Below, one piece after another: positions 55,330 to 64,000 of a stretch of 64,000 bases of DNA (the stretch's first letter is position 1; every line of letters begins with the position of its first letter). The stretch comes from Solirubrobacteraceae bacterium. GTDB lineage: Bacteria > Actinomycetota > Thermoleophilia > Solirubrobacterales > Solirubrobacteraceae. Location: NCBI GenBank assembly GCA_035552575.1, contig DASZLB010000207.1, forward strand, positions 1,519 through 65,518, written 5' to 3'. Below the pieces are notes generated by a model. That model was given only the letters and a program-made list of their open reading frames with translations, searched no databases and was not told where the DNA came from. The translations under genes and the position numbers were made by a program.

Positions 55330-57006
55330 TCAGCGCTCGTGCACGCCGACGACGTTCGACGATCCAGCCGCGAACGGAAAGTCCGACTCGGCTTCCGAGC
55401 GCACGCGGAAGCGATAGTCGGCAGGGCCTGGGAACTTGAAGCTGTACGACGCGCCGTAGCGACCGTGCGCATTCGTGTGGAGCACCTTGAACTCGATCCA
55501 TGCACTGCCGGGCGAGCGCGCCTCGAGCACGAGCTGCTTGCCGCCATGCGGGATCGGGCCGCCGCGCAACTCGCCGCGAAAGCGGATCGTGCTGCCGGCG
55601 CTTGCCGTGCGCGGCGAGACGCGCAGGACGATCCCCGCACGCACGCTGATCCGCAGCGTGCGCGTCGCGACCGGCAGCGCGTCGCCGAGGTGCGCGCGAT
55701 ACGCGACGCGCAGAGTGCGCGAGGACGTTCCTGCGGGAATGCGCACGCTGAAACGCCCGTTCGCATCCGTGCGCGGGCTCGGCATCGCGACCGTCTTCGC
55801 GCCTGCATACGACGGGCTTGCGCGCACGTCGACGGACGCGTCCGCGATCGGCACCCCACCAGGCGCTGTCAGCCGCCCGGTCAGCGTGTGCGCACGTGCG
55901 TATCCCGTCGTGAAGCTCGCCTTCTTCGTGCCCTGCCAGCGGGCAGTCAGCGTCGCTTGCGTCGTCGCGTTCGTGCCGTTCGCCGGTCCCGGTGTGCCCG
56001 GCGGCGGCGGGTTCGCGACGGTCAGCGTACGGTCGAGCACCGGCGCCGCGTTGCCCGCCGCGTCGATCACGCTGACGACGAGGTGGTGCGCGCCGTTGCT
56101 CAGGCTCGTCGTGTCGAACGGGACGTCGGCGCTGACCGACGCCAGGCACGGCTGCACGTAGAGAAACGCCGGCAGGCCATCCGTCGTCTGACCGACGTCG
56201 TGACAACGCCCGCCGTTTTCGTCGAGCACCGTGCGCGCGACGACCCGACCGTCGACGTCGAACAGTGCCTCGTACACGCCCGCGCCAGGATCTGTCGCAT
56301 CGAACGCCACGTCGCTGACACCGCGGACCGTCGGCGCGCTTGCCAGTTCGCCAGTTGCGCCCGTCGCGTGCGGGCCGGCGGCTTGTTCGAGGGTTAGGTC
56401 GGCGGCGTAGAGGTAGATGGCGGCTGCGTAGCCGTGAACGTCGCCGGTGCCTCCCGGGCATTTGTACGGAGCCAGCCCCCCACAGGAAGCGCTCGCGTAG
56501 AGATTCGAGCCCAAGCTCGATATTGGAACGAGCACGCGGTTTTCTGGCGAATAGACCTCCGCAAGGTCGCCACGTCCCGCACAACCGTAAACGCCCAGAC
56601 ATTCGTCGAAAAGTCCAGAGACGCTAGGGCCTGCCAACCAGAACTCATACGTCGCGTTCGCAACGCCCCCACCGGCAGCATCCCCCGCTCGCCACAACGT
56701 CGCGCCTGCCAGCGATGCCCAAACCGGCGAAGCAAACGCCCAGGTCGCGATGTCCGCATTGGCCGTGCGAGCCGGCTGATCGGTCAGCGCCGCCGTTAGC
56801 GCCCCGCCCTGCGAACAGGTGTCTTCGGCAATCGTGTACTGGCCGGCCACCGACCCACCCCACCCATCCACCGGCGCAACACCCCCGTCAGGCACCCGGC
56901 ACGAGTACACGTGGTACTGCCCGCCAAACGCGACGGCGACAACGACGCCAAGCCAGACGCCCGTGGCAGCGACGACCTTGAAGATCCGATTGCCCATCTC
57001 ACGCAT
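55330..57006 (-). CDS. Secreted multidomain beta-rich protein (Ig-like / carboxypeptidase-regulatory-like domains)
   Basis: Signal peptide, paired Cys, DAAGN motif, Pro-rich linker, T.ANGRF and T...G.Y repeats. Confidence 0.78.
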   Translation of the reverse strand: MREMGNRIFKVVAATGVWLGVVVAVAFGGQYHVYSCRVPDGGVAPVDGWGGSVAGQYTIAEDTCSQGGALTAALTDQPARTANADIATWAFASPVWASLAGATLWRAGDAAGGGVANATYEFWLAGPSVSGLFDECLGVYGCAGRGDLAEVYSPENRVLVPISSLGSNLYASASCGGLAPYKCPGGTGDVHGYAAAIYLYAADLTLEQAAGPHATGATGELASAPTVRGVSDVAFDATDPGAGVYEALFDVDGRVVARTVLDENGGRCHDVGQTTDGLPAFLYVQPCLASVSADVPFDTTSLSNGAHHLVVSVIDAAGNAAPVLDRTLTVANPPPPGTPGPANGTNATTQATLTARWQGTKKASFTTGYARAHTLTGRLTAPGGVPIADASVDVRASPSYAGAKTVAMPSPRTDANGRFSVRIPAGTSSRTLRVAYRAHLGDALPVATRTLRISVRAGIVLRVSPRTASAGSTIRFRGELRGGPIPHGGKQLVLEARSPGSAWIEFKVLHTNAHGRYGASYSFKFPGPADYRFRVRSEAESDFPFAAGSSNVVGVHER

Positions 57007-57191
57007 ATGTCGTTCTCAGTAGGGCTCGTGCCCCCCTCCCAATCTCTCATCGGGATCGCATCGCAGGCAGCCGCGGTCGACGGTCGCAGCACCGCCGGGC
57101 TGAGCGCGCGCGAGCATGTCTCCGATTCGTCGCCCAGCGGAAGATCGCTGCGGCCAACACAGGGGCAGCGTTGGCGACGGTGGTGCCGCGC

Positions 57192-58445
57192 TCAGGTGGT
57201 GAAAGCGATCGGCAGCTCGGCGAGACCGTAGATCCCGGAGACGCCTTCGAACTGCGGCTCGCCGTCGAGGCGCAGTTCGTGCAGGCGCGTCGCGAGGAAC
57301 GCGAGGCCCTCCTGTAGCTCGACACGCGCGAGGTTCGCGCCGAGGCAGTAGTGCACGCCGGCGCCGAACGTCAGCGGTCGTGCGCGACCGCGGTCGGCGG
57401 CGATGTCGAAGCGCTCGGCGCCCGCCTCGCCGGCCTCTGCCGCCTCGAGATCGCGGTTACCGGTGAACGCGCAGACCATCACGATCGTGTCCTTCGGGAA
57501 CGACACGCCGCGGTACTCGACGTCCTCGACGAGGATGCGCGCGGTGAACGGCGTGATCGGCTCGTAGCGCAGCGCCTCCTCGACGGCGGCATCGGCGAGC
57601 GACGGGTCGGCTGCTAGCAGCGCGAGCTGATCGTGGTGTTCGGCGAGCAGCCTGATCGCGTGCGCGAGCTGGCTCTGGCTCGTGTCGACGCCGCCGACGA
57701 GCACGTTGAAGACGAGGTTGATGCACTCGACGTCGCTCAGCCGCTCGCCCTGCTCTTCTGCCGCGATCAGCTTCGAGATCAGGTCGTCGCGCGGGTCCTT
57801 GCGCCGCGCCTGCACGAGCGCATGCGCGTATCCGTAGAACTCCTCGACGGCCTGCTCGATCACGGCGACTTCGCCGGCCATGCTGACGGCGTCGAACTGG
57901 CGCTGGATCACGTTCGACCAGTGGTGCAGACGCGGCGCGTCCTGCAGCGGCGCGCCCATCACGGTCGCGATCGCCAGCGACGGGTAGGGCTTCGCGAACG
58001 CCTCGACGAAGTCGCAGCGCACGAGTCCGTCCGCTCCCGTGCCGCTCGCCGCCCGCGCTTCGGCCAGGAGCCGCTCGAGGAACTCGCGCATGACCGGCCT
58101 GTAGCGCTCGACGGCTCGCGGCGAGAGCGCAGGGTTGACGAGGCTGCGCAGACGCGTGTGATCGGGGCCGTTGACGTGCAGGATGTTGCGGCGCATCTGC
58201 TCGTACAGCGGCCCCTCGGTCACGCCGAAGATCTCTGCGATCTTCATTCCGGGGAAGATCGCCGAACGCGTTCGCAGGAAGAACTCGCCGGCCTCGCGAT
58301 CGAGCGTCATGTAGCCGAACGGCGCGTTTGCCAGCCAGCCGTGCGAGCGCGCGTCGGTCATCGCTTCGTGGAAGCGCGCGCCGCGCATCTGTGCGTCGGT
58401 GTGGTCGAACGTTGCGAGCTCGAGCTCGCTGACGAGCGTCGTCAT
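57192..58445 (-). CDS. Cytochrome P450
   Basis: GPDHTRLR, GGVDTS I-helix, EEALR (ExxR), FGAGVHYCLG heme motif. Confidence 0.95.
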   Translation of the reverse strand: MTTLVSELELATFDHTDAQMRGARFHEAMTDARSHGWLANAPFGYMTLDREAGEFFLRTRSAIFPGMKIAEIFGVTEGPLYEQMRRNILHVNGPDHTRLRSLVNPALSPRAVERYRPVMREFLERLLAEARAASGTGADGLVRCDFVEAFAKPYPSLAIATVMGAPLQDAPRLHHWSNVIQRQFDAVSMAGEVAVIEQAVEEFYGYAHALVQARRKDPRDDLISKLIAAEEQGERLSDVECINLVFNVLVGGVDTSQSQLAHAIRLLAEHHDQLALLAADPSLADAAVEEALRYEPITPFTARILVEDVEYRGVSFPKDTIVMVCAFTGNRDLEAAEAGEAGAERFDIAADRGRARPLTFGAGVHYCLGANLARVELQEGLAFLATRLHELRLDGEPQFEGVSGIYGLAELPIAFTT

Positions 58446-58449
58446 CGGC

Positions 58450-59811
58450 TCATCGTCCCAGCTTCTTGCCCGGATTGAACAGTCCCTTCGGATCGAACGC
58501 CTGCTTGATCTGCTCGTGCAGCTCGACCGCGCGTGCGTCCCATCCGGGCGCGAGCATTCCGGACTTCAGCAGCCCGACGCCGTGCTCTGCCGCGATCGAG
58601 CCGCCGAGCGCGCGCACGAGCTCGAACAGCTCCGCGCCGACGGCCTGCGCGCGGTCGAGCTCGGCCTCCTCGGACGGGTCGACGAGCACCGTCGCGTGCA
58701 CGTTGCCGTCGCCGCCGTGGCCCCACGCGCACGATCGCATTCCGTGTCGAGCCGCGATCCGCGCGAAGCCCTCGAGTCCCTCCGCGAGGCGCTCGACCGG
58801 GAACGAGACGTCCTCGCTGAGCTTCCCGCCGCGCACGCCCGCGACGACACCGTTGAAGCCGTCGCGCCAGCGCCACAGTGCGTCCTCGTCCTGCGGCTGT
58901 TCGATCGCCAGCGCGCGCCCGGTCAGCAGCTCGCGCACGGCGTCGCGTTCGCGCTCTGCCTCCGCGCGCGTCCCGTCGAGCTCGATGAGCAGCACGAAGG
59001 CCGCCCCGGCGGGAACCTCGCCCGCAAAGCCGGCCGCGACGTGCGCAAGCGTCGCCGCGTCGATGAACTCGAGCGCCGCCGGCTCGATCCCGGCCGCGAT
59101 CACGTCGAGCATCGCCGCACAGCCGGCCTCGGCGCCATCCGCGAGGAAGACGACGAGCGCGATTCGCGCCTCCGGCGCGGGGCGCAACCGCAGCTGCACG
59201 GCCGTGATCACGCCGAGCGTTCCCTCCGAGCCGATCAACAGGTTCTTCAAGTCGTAGCCGGCGACGTCCTTGCGCGCCCAGCCGCCGACATGGACGAGCT
59301 CGCCGGGCGCGAGCACGACCTCGAGGCCGCTCACCCAGGCGCCCGTCACGCCGTACTTCAGCGCGTGCGGCCCGCCGGCGTTCGTCGCGACGTTGCCGCC
59401 GATCTGCGACTGCTCGGACGCACCCGGGTCGGGGCCGAAGAACAGGCCGTTCTCGCGCGCGAGGCGCTGCACGTCGCGCGTGCTCACGCCGGCCTCCGGA
59501 TGGATCCGCCACAGCGCCGGCTCGAGCTCGCGCACGCGGCGCAGGCGCTCGAGCGAGACGACGACGCCCCCGCGCACGGGCACGGCGCCGCCGAGCAGCC
59601 CCGTGCCGCCACCGCGCGCGACGATCGGCACGTCGTGGTCGTAGCACCAGCGCACGACCGCCACGATCTCGTCTGCGTCGCCCGGCACGACGACCGCGTC
59701 GGCGCGACCGGCCAGCCCGCGCCGCCGCGCAGCGTCGCTGTTGTACGGCGAGCCCGGCGCCGCGTCGAGCACGTGCTCGGTCCCTACGAGTCTCGCCAGC
59801 TCACCGCGCAT
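58450..59811 (-). CDS. FAD-linked oxidase (GlcD/D-2-hydroxyacid dehydrogenase family)
   Basis: [62 protein letters not shown]. Start 59811 or 59844. Confidence 0.9.
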   Translation of the reverse strand: MRGELARLVGTEHVLDAAPGSPYNSDAARRRGLAGRADAVVVPGDADEIVAVVRWCYDHDVPIVARGGGTGLLGGAVPVRGGVVVSLERLRRVRELEPALWRIHPEAGVSTRDVQRLARENGLFFGPDPGASEQSQIGGNVATNAGGPHALKYGVTGAWVSGLEVVLAPGELVHVGGWARKDVAGYDLKNLLIGSEGTLGVITAVQLRLRPAPEARIALVVFLADGAEAGCAAMLDVIAAGIEPAALEFIDAATLAHVAAGFAGEVPAGAAFVLLIELDGTRAEAERERDAVRELLTGRALAIEQPQDEDALWRWRDGFNGVVAGVRGGKLSEDVSFPVERLAEGLEGFARIAARHGMRSCAWGHGGDGNVHATVLVDPSEEAELDRAQAVGAELFELVRALGGSIAAEHGVGLLKSGMLAPGWDARAVELHEQIKQAFDPKGLFNPGKKLGR

Positions 59812-59855
59812 CGTTGCGGCCGAGGCTAGCGCTGCCGGTAGCATTCGTCACGATC

Positions 59856-61547
59856 ATGGCCGTCAGCGCAAAGCCCGCCGCCGAGCAGGTCGAGACCGAG
59901 TTCAAGACGCTCTCGGGCGAGCCGATCCACGAGCTCTACACCGCAGCGGACCTGCCGCCGGGCGCGCCTGGCGCCGAGCATGCTCGCCCGAGCGCCGCCG
60001 GCGACGGCGCGCCTGACGGCGGCCAAGACCCGATCGGAGCGCCGGGTGCGTACCCGTACACGCGCGGCATCCACTCCTCGATGTACCGCGGACGCCTGTG
60101 GACGATGCGACAGTTCGCGGGCTTCGGCACGAGCGAGGAGACGAACGAGCGCTTCCGCTACCTGCTCGAGCACGGCCAGACGGGGCTCTCGACGGCGTTC
60201 GACATGCCGTCGCTGATGGGCCACGACTCCGACCACGTCCGCTCGCTCGGCGAGGTCGGGCGCGAGGGCGTCGCGGTCGACACGCTCGACGACATGCAGA
60301 CGCTGTTCGGCGGCATCGATCTCGGCGAGGTCTCGGTCTCGATGACGATCAACGCGCCGGCCGCGATCATGCTCGCGTTCTACGTCGCCGCGGCCGAGGA
60401 TGGCACGAGCGCGGCCGGGCCGGTCTCGCGCGAGCGCCTCTCGGGGACGATCCAGGCGGACATCCTCAAGGAGTACATCGCGCAGAAGGAGTGGTGCTTC
60501 CCGATCGACCCCGCGATGCGCCTGTGCGGCGACATGATCGAGTGGTGCACGCGCGAGATGCCGCGCTGGCACCCGATCTCGATCTCGGGCTACCACATCC
60601 GCGAGGCGGGCTCGACCGCCGCGCAGGAGCTCGCGTTCACGCTGAAGGACGGGCTGACGTACGTCGAGCAGGCCGTCGCGAGAGGGCTCGACGTGGACGA
60701 CTTCGCGCCGCGGCTGAGCTTCTTCTTCAACGCGCAGATCGACTTCTTCGAGGAGATCGCTAAGTACCGAGCCGCGCGGCGAATCTGGGCGCGCGAGCTG
60801 AAGCACACGTTCGGCGCGAAGAGCGCGCGCTCGTGGCAGATGCGCTTCCACACGCAGACGGCCGGCGTCAGCCTGACGGCGCAGCAGCCGCTGAACAACA
60901 TCGTGCGCACTGCTGTGGAGGCGCTCGCGGGCGTGCTCGGCGGGACGCAGTCGCTGCACACGAACTCCTACGACGAGGCGCTCGCGCTGCCGACGGAGGA
61001 GGCCGTGACGATCGCGCTGCGCACGCAGCAGGTGATCGCGCACGAGACGGGCGTGACGAACACCGTCGACCCGCTCGGCGGCAGCTACTTCGTCGAGGCG
61101 CTGACCGACGAGATCGAGCAGCGCGCATATGAGTACTTCGCGAAGATCGACGAGCTCGGCGGGATGGTCGAGGCGGTCAAGCGCAACTATCCGCAACGCG
61201 AGATCGCCGACGCGGCATTCACGCTGCAGCAGGAGATCGACGCGGGCGAGCGCGTCGTCGTCGGCGTCAACCGTTTCATCGCGGAGGACGAGCAGCCGAT
61301 CCCGACGCTGCGGATCGACGCGGCGCTCGAGCGCAAGCAGCTCGACCGGCTGCAGGGCGCCCGCGCGAAGCGCGACGGCGCGCGCGTCGAGGCGGCGCTC
61401 GCGGCGCTGCGCGAGGACGCGGCGCACGAGGATCGCAATCTGATGGAGCCGTTGCTTCAGTGCGCCCGCGCGCACGCCTCCGAGGGCGAGATCATCGAGT
61501 CGCTGCAGCAGGTCTTCGGCGACTACACCGAGACGCCTGTCTTCTGA
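59856..61547 (+). CDS. icmA: B12-dependent acyl-CoA mutase large subunit, isobutyryl-CoA mutase type
   Basis: [65 protein letters not shown]; no B12-binding DxH domain. Confidence 0.85.
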   Translation: MAVSAKPAAEQVETEFKTLSGEPIHELYTAADLPPGAPGAEHARPSAAGDGAPDGGQDPIGAPGAYPYTRGIHSSMYRGRLWTMRQFAGFGTSEETNERFRYLLEHGQTGLSTAFDMPSLMGHDSDHVRSLGEVGREGVAVDTLDDMQTLFGGIDLGEVSVSMTINAPAAIMLAFYVAAAEDGTSAAGPVSRERLSGTIQADILKEYIAQKEWCFPIDPAMRLCGDMIEWCTREMPRWHPISISGYHIREAGSTAAQELAFTLKDGLTYVEQAVARGLDVDDFAPRLSFFFNAQIDFFEEIAKYRAARRIWARELKHTFGAKSARSWQMRFHTQTAGVSLTAQQPLNNIVRTAVEALAGVLGGTQSLHTNSYDEALALPTEEAVTIALRTQQVIAHETGVTNTVDPLGGSYFVEALTDEIEQRAYEYFAKIDELGGMVEAVKRNYPQREIADAAFTLQQEIDAGERVVVGVNRFIAEDEQPIPTLRIDAALERKQLDRLQGARAKRDGARVEAALAALREDAAHEDRNLMEPLLQCARAHASEGEIIESLQQVFGDYTETPVF

Positions 61548-61667
61548 GAACGGCGCGACCCGGCGTGAGGGCACCACTCGCGCCCGGCGCAACTCCGGCG
61601 CGGGTTACGTGCTTGGTGGGAACTAGGATCCCCCTTTCGCGGCACCCCAATGCTCCACGGAGGCTCG

Positions 61668-63113
61668 ATGAGGAAAGGCATGCGCCTCGGCGCGCTAGCG
61701 CTGCTGGCAACGCTTGGCACAACCGCGGCCGCGTCTGCCGCGACCTCGACGGCCGCGTCGGTGACGGTCTCACCGCTCGCCGGGACGCCGGTTGCGCTTC
61801 CGGGTACGCAGATCAGCTTCCTCGGCGCATCGGCGAAGGCGCTCAGCGGAATCTCGGTCGTCGGCTCGCTGAGCGGCCGCCACGGCGGGCGACTGCGCTC
61901 GTACGCCTCGGCGACGGGCGCGAGCTTCCTGCCGAGCAAGCCGTTCGCGCCGGGCGAGCACGTCAGCGTGCGTGCGAGCTGGGCCGCCACGCCGCAGTCA
62001 CGCCGGACGCTCGCGGACAGCTTCACGATCGCGCGGCCGAGCGAAGTATCGAAGGCCGAGCTCGCGGACACGCCGGGCACGCCCGGCACGCCGGCGGACA
62101 TCCAGAGCTTCCAATCTCAGCCGTCGCTGCACCCGCCGGTCGTGACGATCGACCACGCGGCCGGCGCCGGAGTGGCACCAGGCTATGTCTTCGCGGCGCC
62201 GTTCCTCGGCCCGGGCCAGTACGGACCGATGATCTTCGACAACGACGGCAACGTCGTCTGGTTCGATCCGCTGCAGGGCGGCGAAGACGCTGCCGACTTC
62301 CAGACGCAGAACTTCCACGGCAAGAACATGCTGACGTGGTGGCAGGGTCACGTGCTGGCGCTCGGCTACGGCCTCGGCGAGGACGTGATCGCGAACGCGA
62401 ACTACAAGACGGTCGCGATCGTCAAGGCCGGCAACGGGCTGCAGGCGGACGGGCACGAGTTCACGCTCACGCCGGAGGGCTCGGCGTACATCACGGCGTA
62501 CAGCCCCGTGCAGAGGAGCGCCACTTCCGCGAGCACCCCGGCAAACGGCGCCGGCGCGCTGGACGGCGTGATCCAGCGGATCGACGTGCACACGGGTCTC
62601 GTCATGTGGGAGTGGCACAGCCTCGGCAGCGCCGCGTTCGCGCAACCGCAAGTGCAGCCTGCGCCGGACCTGACGGTCGCGGAAACCCCGTTCGTGCAGA
62701 CGCTCACGGGTGGCAGCTCGATGACCGGCGGCGGCGGGTTGCCGGGCTTCACCGAAGCCGAAGCGCGCGGCGCGAGCGTCTTCGCGGGCGCGCTGCCGGC
62801 AGGCGAGCGCAGCTACCGCGTCTACCGCGAGCCGTGGGCCGGCCAGCCGAGCGAGCCGCCGGCGATCAGCGCACGCACGAGCGCCGGCGCGACGGCCGTG
62901 TACGCGAGCTGGAACGGCGCGACGACGGTGACCGCGTGGCAGCTCTTGACGGGCACGAGCGCAGCCCACATGACAGCGGTCTCGACGACGCCGAAGACGG
63001 GTTTTGAGACGACGATCCCGGCGCCGGCCGCGGCATACGTGCAGGTGCGCGCGCTGAGCGCATCGGGCAAGGTGCTCGCGACGTCGAAGACGGCCCGGCC
63101 GGCAAGCGCATGA
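61668..63113 (+). CDS. Arylsulfotransferase-like protein with in-frame deletion of the catalytic core
   Basis: Colinear with 53398..55176 (VSPL.GT, TQISFLG, WF.P, AGNG, HE, WEWH, YR.YR, YASWNGAT, GFET) but lacks HxNS, SxR, QHD and FDN. GGAGG precedes ATG 61668. Confidence 0.82.
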   Translation: MRKGMRLGALALLATLGTTAAASAATSTAASVTVSPLAGTPVALPGTQISFLGASAKALSGISVVGSLSGRHGGRLRSYASATGASFLPSKPFAPGEHVSVRASWAATPQSRRTLADSFTIARPSEVSKAELADTPGTPGTPADIQSFQSQPSLHPPVVTIDHAAGAGVAPGYVFAAPFLGPGQYGPMIFDNDGNVVWFDPLQGGEDAADFQTQNFHGKNMLTWWQGHVLALGYGLGEDVIANANYKTVAIVKAGNGLQADGHEFTLTPEGSAYITAYSPVQRSATSASTPANGAGALDGVIQRIDVHTGLVMWEWHSLGSAAFAQPQVQPAPDLTVAETPFVQTLTGGSSMTGGGGLPGFTEAEARGASVFAGALPAGERSYRVYREPWAGQPSEPPAISARTSAGATAVYASWNGATTVTAWQLLTGTSAAHMTAVSTTPKTGFETTIPAPAAAYVQVRALSASGKVLATSKTARPASA

Positions 63114-63120
63114 GCGGGCG

Positions 63121-64000
63121 ATGAACCGACGCCTGCGCAGGGGGCTCGTGCTCGGCGGCGTCGTCGTCGCGGCCGGCTGCGCGACCGCGATCGCGATCGC
63201 CTCGCGGCGGATCGAAGCCGAGCAGGCGGCATTCCGCGCGCCGGCGGCCGCGCGTTGCGTGCCGAGCACGTTCAACCGCTCGGCGACGCTGCCCGGCACG
63301 AGCCTCAGCGTCGCGCCTTTGCCGGACTCCTACGACGCCTCCTACCGCACGCAGATCAGCCTGCTCGGCGCGCCCGCGGGGTCGCTCGCAGAGCTCAGCG
63401 TGAAGGGCTCCAAAAGCGGCTCGCACAAGGGTCGCCTGCGCGCCTACTCACAGGGCGACGGCGCGAGCTACGTGCTGTCGAAGCCGCTCTCGCAAGGCGA
63501 GACGGTGACGGTGCGCGGCATCGTCAAGACGGGAGCGCGCAGCCAGCGCTTCGCGTACCACTTCCAGACGGCGACGCAGGACATCCTGCCCTACTCGAAG
63601 CCCTCTCCGCCCTCGGGGAAAGACCCGAACGAGAAGCAGCACTTCCACTCCGAGCCGGGGCTCGAACCGCCGTCGATCGAAGTCACGGCGAGCTCGCCTC
63701 AGAGCGCGCCGGGCGACATCTTCGCCGCGCCTTACACGGGCCCTGGGCCGCCGGGACCGATGATCTTCGACCAGGCGGGCAACCTCGTCTGGTTCCATAC
63801 GCTTCCGGCGAACGCGGCCGCCGCGACGAACCTGCAGGTCCAGCAGCTGGCCGGCCAGCCGGTGCTGACATGGTGGCAGGGCTACATCCCGCCGCAGGGA
63901 TTCGGCCAGGGCGAAGAGATCATCGTCAACGCGGCCTACCAGCAGATCGGGCGCGTGCGCGCGGGCAACGGCTACTCGGCCGACCTGCACGACTTCAAGA
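63121..64000 (+). CDS. Arylsulfotransferase family protein, third paralog (runs off window)
   Basis: From ATG 63121: MNRRLRRGLVLGGVVVAAG...TQISLLG...GDIFAAPY...PMIFDQAGNLVWF...LTWWQG...AGNGYSADLHDFK, open to the end. Not in the ORF track. Confidence 0.87.
   Translation, partial: MNRRLRRGLVLGGVVVAAGCATAIAIASRRIEAEQAAFRAPAAARCVPSTFNRSATLPGTSLSVAPLPDSYDASYRTQISLLGAPAGSLAELSVKGSKSGSHKGRLRAYSQGDGASYVLSKPLSQGETVTVRGIVKTGARSQRFAYHFQTATQDILPYSKPSPPSGKDPNEKQHFHSEPGLEPPSIEVTASSPQSAPGDIFAAPYTGPGPPGPMIFDQAGNLVWFHTLPANAAAATNLQVQQLAGQPVLTWWQGYIPPQGFGQGEEIIVNAAYQQIGRVRAGNGYSADLHDFK

Noticed and set aside
59826-61592. Long antisense ORFs (also 8537..10210, 47052..49094, 53185..55206, 2253..3722, 58399..59829)
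   Set aside because: Shadow frames of well-supported genes in high-GC DNA, with no motifs of their own.
62069-62097. Short 9-nt tandem repeat encoding TPG-TPG-TPA
   Set aside because: Ordinary low-complexity linker.
1-64000. CRISPR arrays, tRNA/rRNA, IS/integrase, DGR or riboswitch elements
   Set aside because: No spaced repeats, transposase or RT motifs, or recognisable structured RNAs seen; intergenic gaps are mostly under 200 nt. A covariance-model search was not possible.
1-64000. Very frequent CTCGAG/TCGA/GCGCGC words
   Set aside because: Explained by codon preference (CTC GAG, GTC GAC, GCG CGC), not by a repeat element.

Overview
High-GC (about 70%) bacterial DNA. The leaderless-type promoters, short HU and gene content suggest a monoderm actinobacterium, probably Thermoleophilia/Solirubrobacterales (inference). 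About 2.4-53.3 kb is one large cell-surface glycan locus. It has two CDP-sugar modules at opposite ends. The right end carries rfbF-rfbG-C-methyltransferase-rfbC-4-reductase-flippase. The left end carries a GtrB-like GT2, rfbH, a YerE-like ThDP enzyme and GtrA, plus rfbC and an RfbE-like SDR. Between them lie about 14 GT2/GT4 glycosyltransferase genes (several multidomain), five SAM-methyltransferase domains in total, three GT-C-like polytopic membrane proteins and a Wzm/Wzt ABC exporter. The flanks hold a GFA-family fragment, HU, heme A synthase, three secreted arylsulfotransferase paralogs (one with an in-frame deletion of its catalytic core), a secreted protein, a P450, an FAD-linked oxidase and an isobutyryl-CoA mutase large subunit. 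I recognised no rRNA, tRNA, CRISPR array or mobile element. All calls come from motif recognition by eye; no database searches were run.
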